From the IMG/VR virus record IMGVR_UViG_3300044729_003149, positions 1 to 54,646 of that record: DNA of 54,646 nucleotides; one strand, given 5' to 3'. Origin of the DNA: a virus (lineage: Duplodnaviria; Caudoviricetes). Below the pieces are notes generated by a model, which was given only the letters and a program-made list of their open reading frames with translations, ran no database searches and was not told the origin of the DNA. The position numbers and the translations under genes are program-made. Below are positions 19,410 to 29,248 of this stretch, one piece after another. How positions within the stretch are numbered: position 1 is the first letter of the stretch; every line of letters begins with the position of its first letter.

Positions 19410-19634
19410 TTATGTTCGCTGCCCGCTGAATCTGCGTGAGTCCTCTCGCCACATGTTCTTGGCAGGCTTGCCTTGTTGGTATTTACTATATTGTTGCCAA
19501 GCATAGCTCTTGAAGTTATAGAGATCGGCTTCGTTGTAACGATATCCGTGTTCTACACAAAAGTCCAAAAATTTTTCTAGATCCTTGAAAATTTCCGCCA
19601 CACGTGGGTTGGGTTTGATAACAGGCTTGCCCAT
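19410..19634 (-). CDS. hypothetical protein
   Basis: 74 aa ORF with GAGG RBS. Confidence 0.75.
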   Translation of the reverse strand: MGKPVIKPNPRVAEIFKDLEKFLDFCVEHGYRYNEADLYNFKSYAWQQYSKYQQGKPAKNMWREDSRRFSGQRT

Positions 19635-19663
19635 TTCAGTTTCCTCTTGTTAAAAAATAAAGT

Positions 19664-20374
19664 TTATACAAAATTGCGGGTTTTATCAAGCCATTGGTTG
19701 ACCGATTCGCCGATGGCTTTTGCAAATAATTTGTTGCCTTGAATGTTGGGATGTACACCGCAGAAGACTCGACGCCGTTCCAGCTTGCCCCAAACATCCA
19801 AGATCAACGAAATCTCGGCCACAGTCGACACACTGGGTTGGACATCGGTGTCATGTAACCAACGATGAGCCACATCAGCTGACCAACCAAAAAAGTCACG
19901 CAGTCCCGACTGTTTTGCTAGAAAGTTTTGCCAACTGTGATGTATCACTGTGATCAGGTTTGACCATTCACCAGGTACTACGTCGGTGTGAGCACCAATC
20001 AAGGCCACTGGTATATTTAGATCTGTTAATTCTTGATAAAATTTTGTTTCAAGATCTTGCACCACACTGACAACATCACTGTGAGTCAAGAAATATCTCA
20101 CGAATTCATCTGGTACAGTATCATACAATATATGGCCATGCGTGATTGAATTGGCTGTGACAAACACCGCTCTATAAGGAGCAAGATCTGGATTTGCCGC
20201 CATGAATTCTCTGGCCATGTGCAGTTGCTGAAAATTGTTTTCTCCGCATCTGGCAAGATTGGTGTATGTGGAAAGTTGCAGTTGTTCAGCCAAATTGGTG
20301 CGCTCAAGATCTTCCCCCATGGGAGTTTCAAAACTTTGTACTGCCCAACTGGGACCAAGATACAAAGTGTGCAT
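19664..20374 (-). CDS. SGNH/GDSL-like protein (paralogue 6)
   Basis: LGPSWA, GENN, GVHPN.QG. Confidence 0.55.
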   Translation of the reverse strand: MHTLYLGPSWAVQSFETPMGEDLERTNLAEQLQLSTYTNLARCGENNFQQLHMAREFMAANPDLAPYRAVFVTANSITHGHILYDTVPDEFVRYFLTHSDVVSVVQDLETKFYQELTDLNIPVALIGAHTDVVPGEWSNLITVIHHSWQNFLAKQSGLRDFFGWSADVAHRWLHDTDVQPSVSTVAEISLILDVWGKLERRRVFCGVHPNIQGNKLFAKAIGESVNQWLDKTRNFV

Positions 20375-20835
20375 TAGATCTTCACTGAGAGATTGTTACG
20401 ATACACTGGATACTCAATCACACAACCATTTTCGCCATCTTCACTGACTTCAATGATGATACTGCGATCAGGATAGCGTTGCGCAATCTTGTGGTACAGT
20501 TCATCAGCAATCATCTCGCATGATTTGTACTCCAACTGCAATATATTTTGTTCGCTCGAATACAGTCCTTCCAACCATCGTTTGAATTGGATGAACTCGA
20601 TATCACGGTCATTGTGTAGGACGTCGATAGACACCCTAAAATGGAAAATGTGGCGATGAGGATAACCAAGGAACGAAACATCATATTTGTCTCCAGTTGC
20701 TAGTTGTGGATCGTTGAGTGCTGCAGGATATTTATGGATTCCCTCACGACGGAAAGTGACCCAAATTTTTCTAAGAGCTTGATCGGCTCTGCGCTGTTGT
20801 ATTTCGGCCAAGGCCTGTTGATGTTGATCTATCAT
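20374..20835 (-). CDS. dpdL: QueD-like T-fold protein, putative CDG decarboxylase (DpdL-like)
   Basis: LGYPHRHIF (LxxxHRHxF, recalled DpdL signature), DRDIEF, SCEMIA, EVSEDGENG; two genes from dpdA. Confidence 0.65.
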   Translation of the reverse strand: MIDQHQQALAEIQQRRADQALRKIWVTFRREGIHKYPAALNDPQLATGDKYDVSFLGYPHRHIFHFRVSIDVLHNDRDIEFIQFKRWLEGLYSSEQNILQLEYKSCEMIADELYHKIAQRYPDRSIIIEVSEDGENGCVIEYPVYRNNLSVKI

Positions 20836-21353
20836 AGTGTTTGATCCTTGCTGTACTGGTTCCAGTGAGTGAACACACTGGGTCTAGTGAGAGTATGTAA
20901 TCTGTGACACCAAACTCCGGGATTGGTTGCTGCAAAATCTTTGTCGTCGAGTTTTATTGTAGCATTATATCCCAGTTGTTGTACATAGGGCAGTTTGACC
21001 GAAATCATGGGAATAAACATAATGTACTCAGTGAGCGCAGTTTCCAAAAGATCCTCAGCAACTGCGACATCAATGTCAAGAGTGCACCAGAAACCCTGTT
21101 CCAAAAATGGCCGTATCATGTCCTCCCATTGATCCCAATCCTTGCTGTCAGCAAAACCATTGGGAAAACTGTGATTGGCACCAAAGTAGATGTGATGTAC
21201 AGCACCGCTGGCCTTAGCGTCGTCTATGGCCTTGACAATATCGCTGTAATTTTGCAGTCCTACCACAAACAGGGTTCTCAAGCCATGTGCGGGTGTGTGT
21301 TCAATTTCTTCACCAACAAAAAATTTGGTATCTTTGTGTCCTTGTCTGTTCAC
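20832..21353 (-). CDS. hypothetical protein between dpdA and dpdL
   Basis: GEEIEHTP.HG..TLFVVG, HIYFGANHS, TNPGVW; 4-bp overlaps with both neighbours. Confidence 0.8.
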   Translation of the reverse strand: MNRQGHKDTKFFVGEEIEHTPAHGLRTLFVVGLQNYSDIVKAIDDAKASGAVHHIYFGANHSFPNGFADSKDWDQWEDMIRPFLEQGFWCTLDIDVAVAEDLLETALTEYIMFIPMISVKLPYVQQLGYNATIKLDDKDFAATNPGVWCHRLHTLTRPSVFTHWNQYSKDQTL

Positions 21354-22894
21354 AGTGTGGCCTCCAATTCATCAAGTTTGTCTGGGTCAAGATCGTCATC
21401 GTTGGTTGTTGCGGGTGCGTCATCAAATTCAAACATCGAGTTAAACATAGTAGTGGCACTGAACATGCGTTTGCCAGTGCGTCCACGTGTGCCGATGATC
21501 AAGTCGCAGGTACTGCGATAGTGTTCCACTGCTGCCAGACTGCGTTCACGATCTTGATGATGGAATATTTCTTCCACAATGTTTCTAAAGTCGTAATCAC
21601 TGCTGTATTGTCCTGCCAGCATGCCAGGTTTTTGATCCTGGTCGTACAGTTCGTTGGCAGTCTGCACGGCATTGATATGATGCCACACATTGTGACCCAT
21701 CATGAGTGCATAGCTGAAACTGTCCCAACTGGTCTTGCCTTCCTTGCCCAGCTTGTTGAGATCACCAGGACCATAAACACACACATCACTGATTTTGAGC
21801 CGCTGCGATATGGGTGAATCATCAAACACCGAATGAATGCCGTCCTGTATCACAGCATCACGGAAACTGCGTTGGTCTGAGGCATAGCGTTTGTTGTCTG
21901 CCGTGGGTGCCATTCTGTAGGTCCACTTGTCGCGATTGGGGAATATGCTTTGATAATACAACTGACCATTGGCTGTGGCCAAGAACGGTGACGCACAATC
22001 AAAAGATATTGTGAAGTTGGGATTGTGATAGCGTCGCACTGCACGTTGAATGTCAGTGAGCAAGCAGGCCCATTCCAGCTTGGATGTGCCCAGGAAGTGC
22101 ATCCAATCATGTACACCGGGCTCCAACAGACCATCGTGTATCAAGGTCACAATACGCTTCAGCACCAGATGCACATCACACATGTTTTGACCACCCATGC
22201 CCCAGCCATTGAAATGACGTCCGGGATAACGTGCAGGATCGCTGTAGTGTTTCATGATGTCATACCATGCATCGGCTTCGCCGTGATCTGCACCCTGCAA
22301 CACGTTGAGATATCTAGCCCCGCCTTCGGCCACACCACGACGATTGTCAATAAAATAGTCATTGTTGTAGATAGTGGCGTTGACGGCATCTTCATAGTTG
22401 TAAATGCCAGTCTTTTCGCTGGAGCCAGGCCATTTGCTGGTCCAGGTGGGGATATCCAACGTGAGCCCATAAGTTGCAATGCCATCCTGCCATTTCAGCA
22501 CAGCCTCACGTTTTTTCTGTGCCTTGGCACAGCCTGATCCTGATCTCCAATCGCCTTCCCACACGCCCTTGGCAATTTGAAATCCGCCTGAGTCACACAA
22601 CATAGTCACACCACTATCGCGATTGCGAATCATGTCCTCTTTGGGGTTGTGTTTGGTGAGATCAAGATCAGCATGTCCAGCTGAGTACAGTGCCCACTTG
22701 TAAGGAAACAAGGCCTGCTGTGGGTTAAGAAAATTCATCTGTTCCATGTCAGGCATGGCTGCAGGCATGCGAGCAGGATCAACATAGTTTTCAAATCGTT
22801 GACGACCGATATAGGTACTGTAGAAACTGCTGATGGCCGGAAGAAAAACGGCGTAATCTTGCTGCCTAGCAGTTAGGTCATGTTGTTCAGTCAT
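21350..22894 (-). CDS. dpdA: TGT-family guanine transglycosylase (DpdA-like, probably DNA-acting)
   Basis: DSGGFQ, LDIP, NVLQG, MHFLG, SFDCAS motifs; clustered with dpdL and que genes. Confidence 0.75.
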   Translation of the reverse strand: MTEQHDLTARQQDYAVFLPAISSFYSTYIGRQRFENYVDPARMPAAMPDMEQMNFLNPQQALFPYKWALYSAGHADLDLTKHNPKEDMIRNRDSGVTMLCDSGGFQIAKGVWEGDWRSGSGCAKAQKKREAVLKWQDGIATYGLTLDIPTWTSKWPGSSEKTGIYNYEDAVNATIYNNDYFIDNRRGVAEGGARYLNVLQGADHGEADAWYDIMKHYSDPARYPGRHFNGWGMGGQNMCDVHLVLKRIVTLIHDGLLEPGVHDWMHFLGTSKLEWACLLTDIQRAVRRYHNPNFTISFDCASPFLATANGQLYYQSIFPNRDKWTYRMAPTADNKRYASDQRSFRDAVIQDGIHSVFDDSPISQRLKISDVCVYGPGDLNKLGKEGKTSWDSFSYALMMGHNVWHHINAVQTANELYDQDQKPGMLAGQYSSDYDFRNIVEEIFHHQDRERSLAAVEHYRSTCDLIIGTRGRTGKRMFSATTMFNSMFEFDDAPATTNDDDLDPDKLDELEATL

Positions 22895-23465
22895 CGTGTA
22901 AAAATCCTGTTATGTTGCAAGTCCATTTTGTTTCACATCCAATGTTACCACTTAGGTGCCATGTGTTAGGCTGCCACACAATGCAATCTCCACGCTGCCA
23001 GTGGTGTATCACACTGTCTCCGGCCTGCAAAAAGTGTCCGGTTTTCCAATCTTCAAGAAACAGTAGAAATCTCCACACAGGTCTGGTGTCATCTGGATAG
23101 CGTTTACGCAACATGTAGAATCGATCCTGATGCCAGGGCAACACTTGTCCGCAACGTTGTCGAGTCACGGTGGCCACAGCATGATCCAAGGGCAACTGTT
23201 GTATTATATCTTGTTCCCAGGCAAATGTCAACTTGGGTTCGCGATTTGTTGTTTTCCAAATACGAGTGTTGTGTACGGTATAGCCAAATTGAGCATGAGC
23301 TTGTTGTTCCTTGCCAAGGGCATCGTTGTAACTCATGTCATCCAATAGGCTATATTCATACTCTTGGTCATAAAGATATGACGAAAGATCTTGATCAACC
23401 TGCGGCCAGTCAAGATTGATTTTTTTGAACAGTATGTAATCACTACCAGCGGTCAGTGATTTCAT
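22887..23465 (-). CDS. 2OG-Fe(II) oxygenase-like / cupin protein
   Basis: PWHQD (HxD) ... GHF ... WHLSGN. Confidence 0.65.
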   Translation of the reverse strand: MKSLTAGSDYILFKKINLDWPQVDQDLSSYLYDQEYEYSLLDDMSYNDALGKEQQAHAQFGYTVHNTRIWKTTNREPKLTFAWEQDIIQQLPLDHAVATVTRQRCGQVLPWHQDRFYMLRKRYPDDTRPVWRFLLFLEDWKTGHFLQAGDSVIHHWQRGDCIVWQPNTWHLSGNIGCETKWTCNITGFLHDD

Positions 23466-24306
23466 CAGTGATACAGATTCTGTTGTATCCATTTCTTTTG
23501 AATTGTTGATATTGGTCATCCGTGCTGGTAGCCAAAGTGAATGTTTGACTAGGCACAAGATTGTGTTGTTCACAAACTTCGGTTTGTCTATGAAGATATT
23601 TAGACAACAGCCAGTCTATGGAAAATTCCTGCATGAGTCGCATGCCGACCCATGCTGCTGTACGATTGTAGATCTTGAGATCACTGTTGACCTGTAGCAT
23701 ATCGTCCACTGGATCTCGAGTCAGGCGCAGTCCCAGGCGCAGTTGTGTGGCCAAAGGCTTGCTGAGGCTAAAAGCAACTTCTTGCACACAGGGACGATCC
23801 AAATTCAAATCAAGTCCTTGGCTGATGGGCCAGTAACTGAGATCCAAAAATACCGGAATGCCCAGCTGGTCGCAGCGATCAAGCACAGAGTCAAACTGAA
23901 AATATCTATCACCGGTGCCGGCAAACGGCATACTCAACAACACAGCATCATTGGCCTTGAGTGGTTCTTGTTCTAGATACTGCCAGTTGTTGTGTGCTGA
24001 CTGACTGGCAATGCGGGCTGCCACAAATTCAGCCTGGCTGAATCGTAGACGTCGTTGTACACTGTGCCTATACACAAAACTAACAATGGCTTCCACACTG
24101 CCGGCTGAATACGCACCGTGTGGCAACACTGTCAAGCCACGTAGATTGTTCAGGGGGTGATCCAGCATCCAACTCTGTACAGCTTCGATGTAATGTTTGG
24201 TGTCCCAGGTCCGGATGTCAACATCCTGATCAGTCACTGTGGCCAAGAGTTCGAACATGCGACAACGAATTGCCGCATCTTCGATGGGATTGTGGCTGGG
24301 TGTCAT
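23443..24306 (-). CDS. PLP-dependent (fold I) aminotransferase-like protein
   Basis: VFLDLSY, FSLSKP, RLGLR. Confidence 0.65.
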   Translation of the reverse strand: MTPSHNPIEDAAIRCRMFELLATVTDQDVDIRTWDTKHYIEAVQSWMLDHPLNNLRGLTVLPHGAYSAGSVEAIVSFVYRHSVQRRLRFSQAEFVAARIASQSAHNNWQYLEQEPLKANDAVLLSMPFAGTGDRYFQFDSVLDRCDQLGIPVFLDLSYWPISQGLDLNLDRPCVQEVAFSLSKPLATQLRLGLRLTRDPVDDMLQVNSDLKIYNRTAAWVGMRLMQEFSIDWLLSKYLHRQTEVCEQHNLVPSQTFTLATSTDDQYQQFKRNGYNRICITDEITDRW

Positions 24307-25028
24307 TACTTGGTTTGCGCAGGCAAAATATAGTTGTAAACAGCCAGGCCCGAATCCACAGTGATTTGAGTACCACCATCATCGCTGATTCTCACAGTTT
24401 TGTCTCCGGTGAGATCCATGATAGCCGCAAATCTCTTGGCTGGCCATGACCACGAACGTTTTAATTGTCCGGTCACACCAGGGTGAAACACAAAGTTGCC
24501 GGCATGAGTGCTGTGATCACCAAAGAAAAATTTCAAATCACCATTTTCAGTGCGAGCTTGAAAGTTTGGTTCCTCACTGTTGGCAGCCATCTGCCACTTC
24601 AGTCTTTGAATGGCAGCATTGGTAGGCTGAAATTCAACATGCCAGTTCAAACCAAGAAATTTACCAGTCTTGAGTTTTTCGTTGATCACACCTTCACTCA
24701 TGAATCTGTAGCTATTTTTGAAGTCGCCAGCTGCGTTTTCAAAAGCAATACCGTCGGGTTCTCCTGTGCTGCGTTTGGTAATGGATATCTTGGCACCTTC
24801 ACCGTACTCCTGCAATGACAGCAAAGTTTTGAGTTTGGCTAGATTGGGCATACCAAACGTGCCAATAAACTCAGGCAGCGGATTGTGAAACTGTGCGTCC
24901 ATGACCACACTTTGATCTTCAGGCATGCCCTTGATCACAGTGCTTTCATCTGTGCCAATGATTTTGATAATGTCAATAAAACCAAGATCATAAGTGTGTT
25001 CAACCAAATCTTTTAGATAGTCTTTCAT
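24306..25028 (-). CDS. putative DNA polymerase sliding clamp (gp45-like)
   Basis: 240 aa; beta-rich ending YNYILP; near polB; strong RBS; inferred from size, context and pattern. Confidence 0.5.
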   Translation of the reverse strand: MKDYLKDLVEHTYDLGFIDIIKIIGTDESTVIKGMPEDQSVVMDAQFHNPLPEFIGTFGMPNLAKLKTLLSLQEYGEGAKISITKRSTGEPDGIAFENAAGDFKNSYRFMSEGVINEKLKTGKFLGLNWHVEFQPTNAAIQRLKWQMAANSEEPNFQARTENGDLKFFFGDHSTHAGNFVFHPGVTGQLKRSWSWPAKRFAAIMDLTGDKTVRISDDGGTQITVDSGLAVYNYILPAQTK

Positions 25029-25046
25029 AAAATTCTCCTTGTGTGT

Positions 25047-25075
25047 AGTATATAGATCTTGCAATCACAATGCAA
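25047..25075 (-). promoter_or_regulatory. sigma70-like promoter
   Basis: TTGCAT-17-TATACT. Confidence 0.6.
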
Positions 25076-26006
25076 CAACTCTGGCCTGAGTCTGTGCACC
25101 ACGTATGCTGTTGAGTTGTCCGGGTCGGCGTAGCTCGCACCAGGTCATGTCTCCGCCCTGGTGATTTACCGAAACAACTTCATATCCCGCTTGCAGCACC
25201 ATGGACTCAAGCAATCGCCAGGGTTGATAACACATGAATGTGCGCTCGTTTAAGCGCATGTTATGAGCAATGTCGCAGTCATTGAAGGTCATGATAAAAA
25301 CGCCACCGGGACGAAGTTTGTGCCAAATTTCTTGTAGGTAACGTTCCAGCACTGGCAAAGGTTTGTAGTTGAAAAAATTATAGGCCAAAACATAACCAAA
25401 TTGATTGTTGGGCAGCTTGTCCAAAGCACCGGTGACTCCAGGATCGTCTATCAAATATTTTCGCAAACGACGTTGGTATAGCTCGTTAAACTGTGAAACA
25501 AAGGGTGTCAACAGATGTTCATAGTGGTCTACCACATACAGTGGATCTAGAGCCACTGTGCTCTGCATCCATTCGTCGCATGTGGGACGAAACACCATAC
25601 CGGGAAAACGCCAGTCAGATAGAGTCCGAGTTCTAATGTCAAGACTGTGGTGACATTCAGCAGTTATTTGTACACCAATGTTGAGTTTTAGATGCAGTAG
25701 GTCGTCAAGGCTGGTCTCTTTGGGATATCTGGCCATGTCAGTGTCAATACATCGTTGATCGTTGGCAGCAATGACCTTGACAAGATTTTGGCGCAGTGTG
25801 ATCAAGATTTGTTCAAACTCATGCAAATTTGTTTTGATTTCCTGATGCTTGGCCTGCAGTTGTTCGGCCAGATCCTGTGATTTCACAGCACTGTTGGTCA
25901 CTGAGTATACCACTGCTGCCAAGTCTCTGGCAGTTTGGCCGGATTGTTCTGCAATGTTGATTTTTTGCAATTCATTGCAGAAAGCCACTATTTCGGACAG
26001 TGTCAT
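25065..26006 (-). CDS. coiled-coil plus SAM-dependent methyltransferase-like domain
   Basis: YLQEIWHKLRPGGVFI; N-terminal heptads; motif I is degenerate. Confidence 0.55.
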   Translation of the reverse strand: MTLSEIVAFCNELQKINIAEQSGQTARDLAAVVYSVTNSAVKSQDLAEQLQAKHQEIKTNLHEFEQILITLRQNLVKVIAANDQRCIDTDMARYPKETSLDDLLHLKLNIGVQITAECHHSLDIRTRTLSDWRFPGMVFRPTCDEWMQSTVALDPLYVVDHYEHLLTPFVSQFNELYQRRLRKYLIDDPGVTGALDKLPNNQFGYVLAYNFFNYKPLPVLERYLQEIWHKLRPGGVFIMTFNDCDIAHNMRLNERTFMCYQPWRLLESMVLQAGYEVVSVNHQGGDMTWCELRRPGQLNSIRGAQTQARVVAL

Positions 26007-28663
26007 GAGAAGTCAAACAACGATGTAAATGTATTTTTTGTGTTGGTGGCTGAATTTAGATCCCAGTCCAACACACCCAAGAGGTTGTCAATCTTTTGAT
26101 CAACCACAGTGTTTTCCATTTCCTGATCATCAAACGGCAGTTCTCTAAACCAAGCGGGCAAGTGTAGTTCATCTGTGGGATAGGCAATGGACGTCCAGTT
26201 CAAGGGATTGGGTTTGAGTTTGCACACAATCACCTTCATGCCATCCACGATCTGCATGCTGTAGTTGTCACTGTTCATGCGTCTCAGAGTGTTCCAGTTC
26301 AAGGCAGCACGTACATGTCCAGGCATGTTGGCCTTGCCTTCGCGTTCCTCTTTCTTGGCATAGGCAGTGAGATTGTTCACACGCTTGGGAGAGCCTTTTT
26401 CCCAGCCCGGACGTTCAGTGAATTCATACTTGAATGCCTTGATTGTTTCCACAATGGCATCGCGTGGCTCACCATGCAACACACTCATCAGCACATCCAT
26501 CAAGAAATCTTGAATCACACGCGGTGTGTCACTGCGTTTGAGATCCAGGCCAGTGGCCTTGACTTTGCCGTGTGCACCAGACACATCCTTGCGTGTACCT
26601 TCCTGATCAATGATGTTGACTGCATAGCGTTTTTTGGTTATGAACAGTCCGCGGTCAGCCACAACCTCACGACCGGCCTTGATCAGGCTGCCCATGTCTC
26701 TTGGGCAGTGAAACGCCTGTTCCATGAATGCTGGAAATGAATCGTTGACTTGTTCAGCCAAGTCGTCATAGAGCTGAATACAAAACTCTTTGCTCCAGGC
26801 CATGCGACCTTCTTCAACTTCTTTCTTCAGCACTGGCCAAGCTGAAAAGTAACAGCTATCTGTGTCGCCATAGATCACTGTGTCGCCCATGTGATCATAC
26901 ACGCCGGTGAGACATTCATTGATATGTGCATCCATGTGCTTGGCAATGGCGCGACCTGTCAGCGTGGTCGATTGTCCAATGCGTTTGTCAAAGAATCTAC
27001 AGCCTGGATTGAGAATGGCACCATACAAACTGTTCAAGTTAATCTTTTTCACCAACTGACGCTTGTCCCAGAATGCTTCTTGTTTTTTGTCCTTGGCTTC
27101 ACGCTTTTTGGCCTGCATTTCCTTGCGTTCAGCATACCAACGTTCCAACAAGCCCGGTATCACACCTTTTTTCTCATAGGTAAAGATTGTGCCATTGGCA
27201 CTGAGCATCCAGGGCTGATTACTGTCAAACATGATCCGCCAGACCTCAGCAGCACTGTGAACAGTTTCTGTGCCGTCTTGCCAATCAATGGTGATTTCAG
27301 TGCCACGTTCTTGATTTATCACAGCGGTATATTCAAGACTGCCAAACAGGCCTTCCCAGGCCGCAGCAAAACTCATGCCGCTGGCCATGCGCTCCTTGAT
27401 ATAACGACTGGTCATGTGTGGACGCAGTTGTCCCACAATGGTTTCTGGACCCATGTTCAAGGCACGAATCGCACTGGGATACAGACTGTTGATGTCAACA
27501 CTGCCGATCCACTCGTGTATGCCTTTCTTGGGATAGGCCACGTAGGCACCAGCAGCCTGTGTGTCATCGTCGGTGAGACGTTGTTTGCGATTGGGCACTA
27601 CCATGCCACGTTCGTGTGCTTCGTTGATAATGGCCTGTTCAGTCACAGCCACAGCACCCATGGTGGTCTGTAACAGCACAGTGTTGGCATGTGCCAGTTC
27701 ATTGGCCAGATCAAGAAATCTCAGTTTCTTGTCCATCTGTGCAATACCATTGACGTCTTGTCGGTTGTACTCTATGAACTTTTTGAAGTCATTGTTGTAG
27801 AGTTGATCCAGGGTGCCTTCGTACTTGGTCTTGCCTTCCAGACCTTCGTATTCTAGAATGGCATCAAGACTGTAGCTGTGACGTTCTTCATAGGTGTACT
27901 TGCGATACAGTTGCATGTAATCCATGTGTACCCGACCCACTAGGTCATAGGTCTGATGTTCAGCTCCGAATCTTTCAAATGTACGCTGTTTGGGAAACTG
28001 TCCCCAGAGACAAAACTTGCGAGTGTCGTCGCGACTCAACACACGAGTCACTCGGTTCACAGTGTAGGGAATATCATAGCCCTCGGAGTTCCAGCCTGTG
28101 AGTACATCAGCATCGTCAATGAGATCAAGGAACGCCTTGAGCATTTCCGCCTCACTGTCAAAAATCATGGTGTTGTCAAATTGGTTGGCAATTTCCTGTG
28201 CTGTGGCCTGACTCATGTGACGCGGTGGCACTGCAAAGGTCACCAGTTGATCCAGCCAGTCTAGATACACAGATATGGCTGTGATGGGATTGAACGGATC
28301 TTCCACGGGCGAGAATCCGCGTTCCTGATCAAACGCAACCTCGATGTCAAAAATTGCTGTCTGTAGTTCCGGGGCGTCTAGATCTTTGTAGTTTTCTTCT
28401 AGACAACGGAAAATAGGATTGAAGTCGCTTTCATACAGTTGTTTGCTGCTGTGCATGCGAACTTCTTTGCGAAATTCTTTGTTGTTGCGTGTGCTGAACC
28501 TTGACACTGGAGTGCCATAGATGCTGCGAAACTTGCCTCGAGGATCGTCGTAATAAAAAACATAGTTGGCCGGATATTCCTGATATCTACGTTGGCCTTT
28601 GATACGTTCTACAACATGAATGCGATCGTGATCACGATCAAAAAGTGCGTCTACGTAACTCAT
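26003..28663 (-). CDS. family B DNA polymerase (gp43-like)
   Basis: FDIEV, GWNSEGYD, YNRQD, DINSLYPS, KKINLNSLYG, YGDTDS, KKRY. Confidence 0.97.
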   Translation of the reverse strand: MSYVDALFDRDHDRIHVVERIKGQRRYQEYPANYVFYYDDPRGKFRSIYGTPVSRFSTRNNKEFRKEVRMHSSKQLYESDFNPIFRCLEENYKDLDAPELQTAIFDIEVAFDQERGFSPVEDPFNPITAISVYLDWLDQLVTFAVPPRHMSQATAQEIANQFDNTMIFDSEAEMLKAFLDLIDDADVLTGWNSEGYDIPYTVNRVTRVLSRDDTRKFCLWGQFPKQRTFERFGAEHQTYDLVGRVHMDYMQLYRKYTYEERHSYSLDAILEYEGLEGKTKYEGTLDQLYNNDFKKFIEYNRQDVNGIAQMDKKLRFLDLANELAHANTVLLQTTMGAVAVTEQAIINEAHERGMVVPNRKQRLTDDDTQAAGAYVAYPKKGIHEWIGSVDINSLYPSAIRALNMGPETIVGQLRPHMTSRYIKERMASGMSFAAAWEGLFGSLEYTAVINQERGTEITIDWQDGTETVHSAAEVWRIMFDSNQPWMLSANGTIFTYEKKGVIPGLLERWYAERKEMQAKKREAKDKKQEAFWDKRQLVKKINLNSLYGAILNPGCRFFDKRIGQSTTLTGRAIAKHMDAHINECLTGVYDHMGDTVIYGDTDSCYFSAWPVLKKEVEEGRMAWSKEFCIQLYDDLAEQVNDSFPAFMEQAFHCPRDMGSLIKAGREVVADRGLFITKKRYAVNIIDQEGTRKDVSGAHGKVKATGLDLKRSDTPRVIQDFLMDVLMSVLHGEPRDAIVETIKAFKYEFTERPGWEKGSPKRVNNLTAYAKKEEREGKANMPGHVRAALNWNTLRRMNSDNYSMQIVDGMKVIVCKLKPNPLNWTSIAYPTDELHLPAWFRELPFDDQEMENTVVDQKIDNLLGVLDWDLNSATNTKNTFTSLFDFS

Positions 28664-28699
28664 TATTCTCCACTAGTGGCTGGTCGTGCCATGTATATG

Positions 28700-29248
28700 T
28701 CATTTAATTATTGATACTGCTGTACGCGGATTGCGAATACAGTCACAGACCACAGCCGCAGCCTTTTCTATGGTCATGACACCCCGATGTTGGTTGAAAC
28801 GACTGGGGAACGAGCCCAATTCTACTGTGCTCACTGTTACAGGGTGATTGTCATCCACAATTTTTCTATTGAAGTGACGTCCAAACTGTGACAGTGCTTC
28901 TTTGCTAACATTGTAACACAATCGTTGAGTGGAAATACAGGGGTATGATACCCAATAGGTGCTGGTGCTGCTGATGTTGATAATTTGTCCTTGCTGCATC
29001 TTTTGGTAAAATCCCAAGGCAAGATATGCCGCACTCACAAAGTTTGTTGTGAATATCTCCCAAGCATCGTGATGTTCATTCACTGCCACGGTGTTGACAA
29101 CCACAGTGGGATCGTGATCTTGTACCACTCGATCACAGTCCGTTTGCTTAGAAAAATCATAGGTGGGGCGGCCAACAATGATGGCGGGCTCGCTCAGCTG
29201 TTGTTGTATGGCATGAGCTAGATCACTTGTGCCCAGTAACAATATCAT
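28700..29248 (-). CDS. short-chain dehydrogenase/reductase
   Basis: IINISS, YNVSK (YxxxK), TNF; reduced Rossmann motif. Confidence 0.7.
   Translation of the reverse strand: MILLLGTSDLAHAIQQQLSEPAIIVGRPTYDFSKQTDCDRVVQDHDPTVVVNTVAVNEHHDAWEIFTTNFVSAAYLALGFYQKMQQGQIINISSTSTYWVSYPCISTQRLCYNVSKEALSQFGRHFNRKIVDDNHPVTVSTVELGSFPSRFNQHRGVMTIEKAAAVVCDCIRNPRTAVSIIK

Noticed and set aside
21350-22894. Canonical bacterial tRNA-guanine transglycosylase (tgt)
   Set aside because: Lacks the TPxFMPVGT N-terminus and CxCxxC zinc motif; context favours DpdA, though tRNA activity is not formally excluded.
26003-28663. Intein or intron in the DNA polymerase
   Set aside because: 886 aa with normally spaced PolB motifs; no splice or homing-endonuclease motifs seen.
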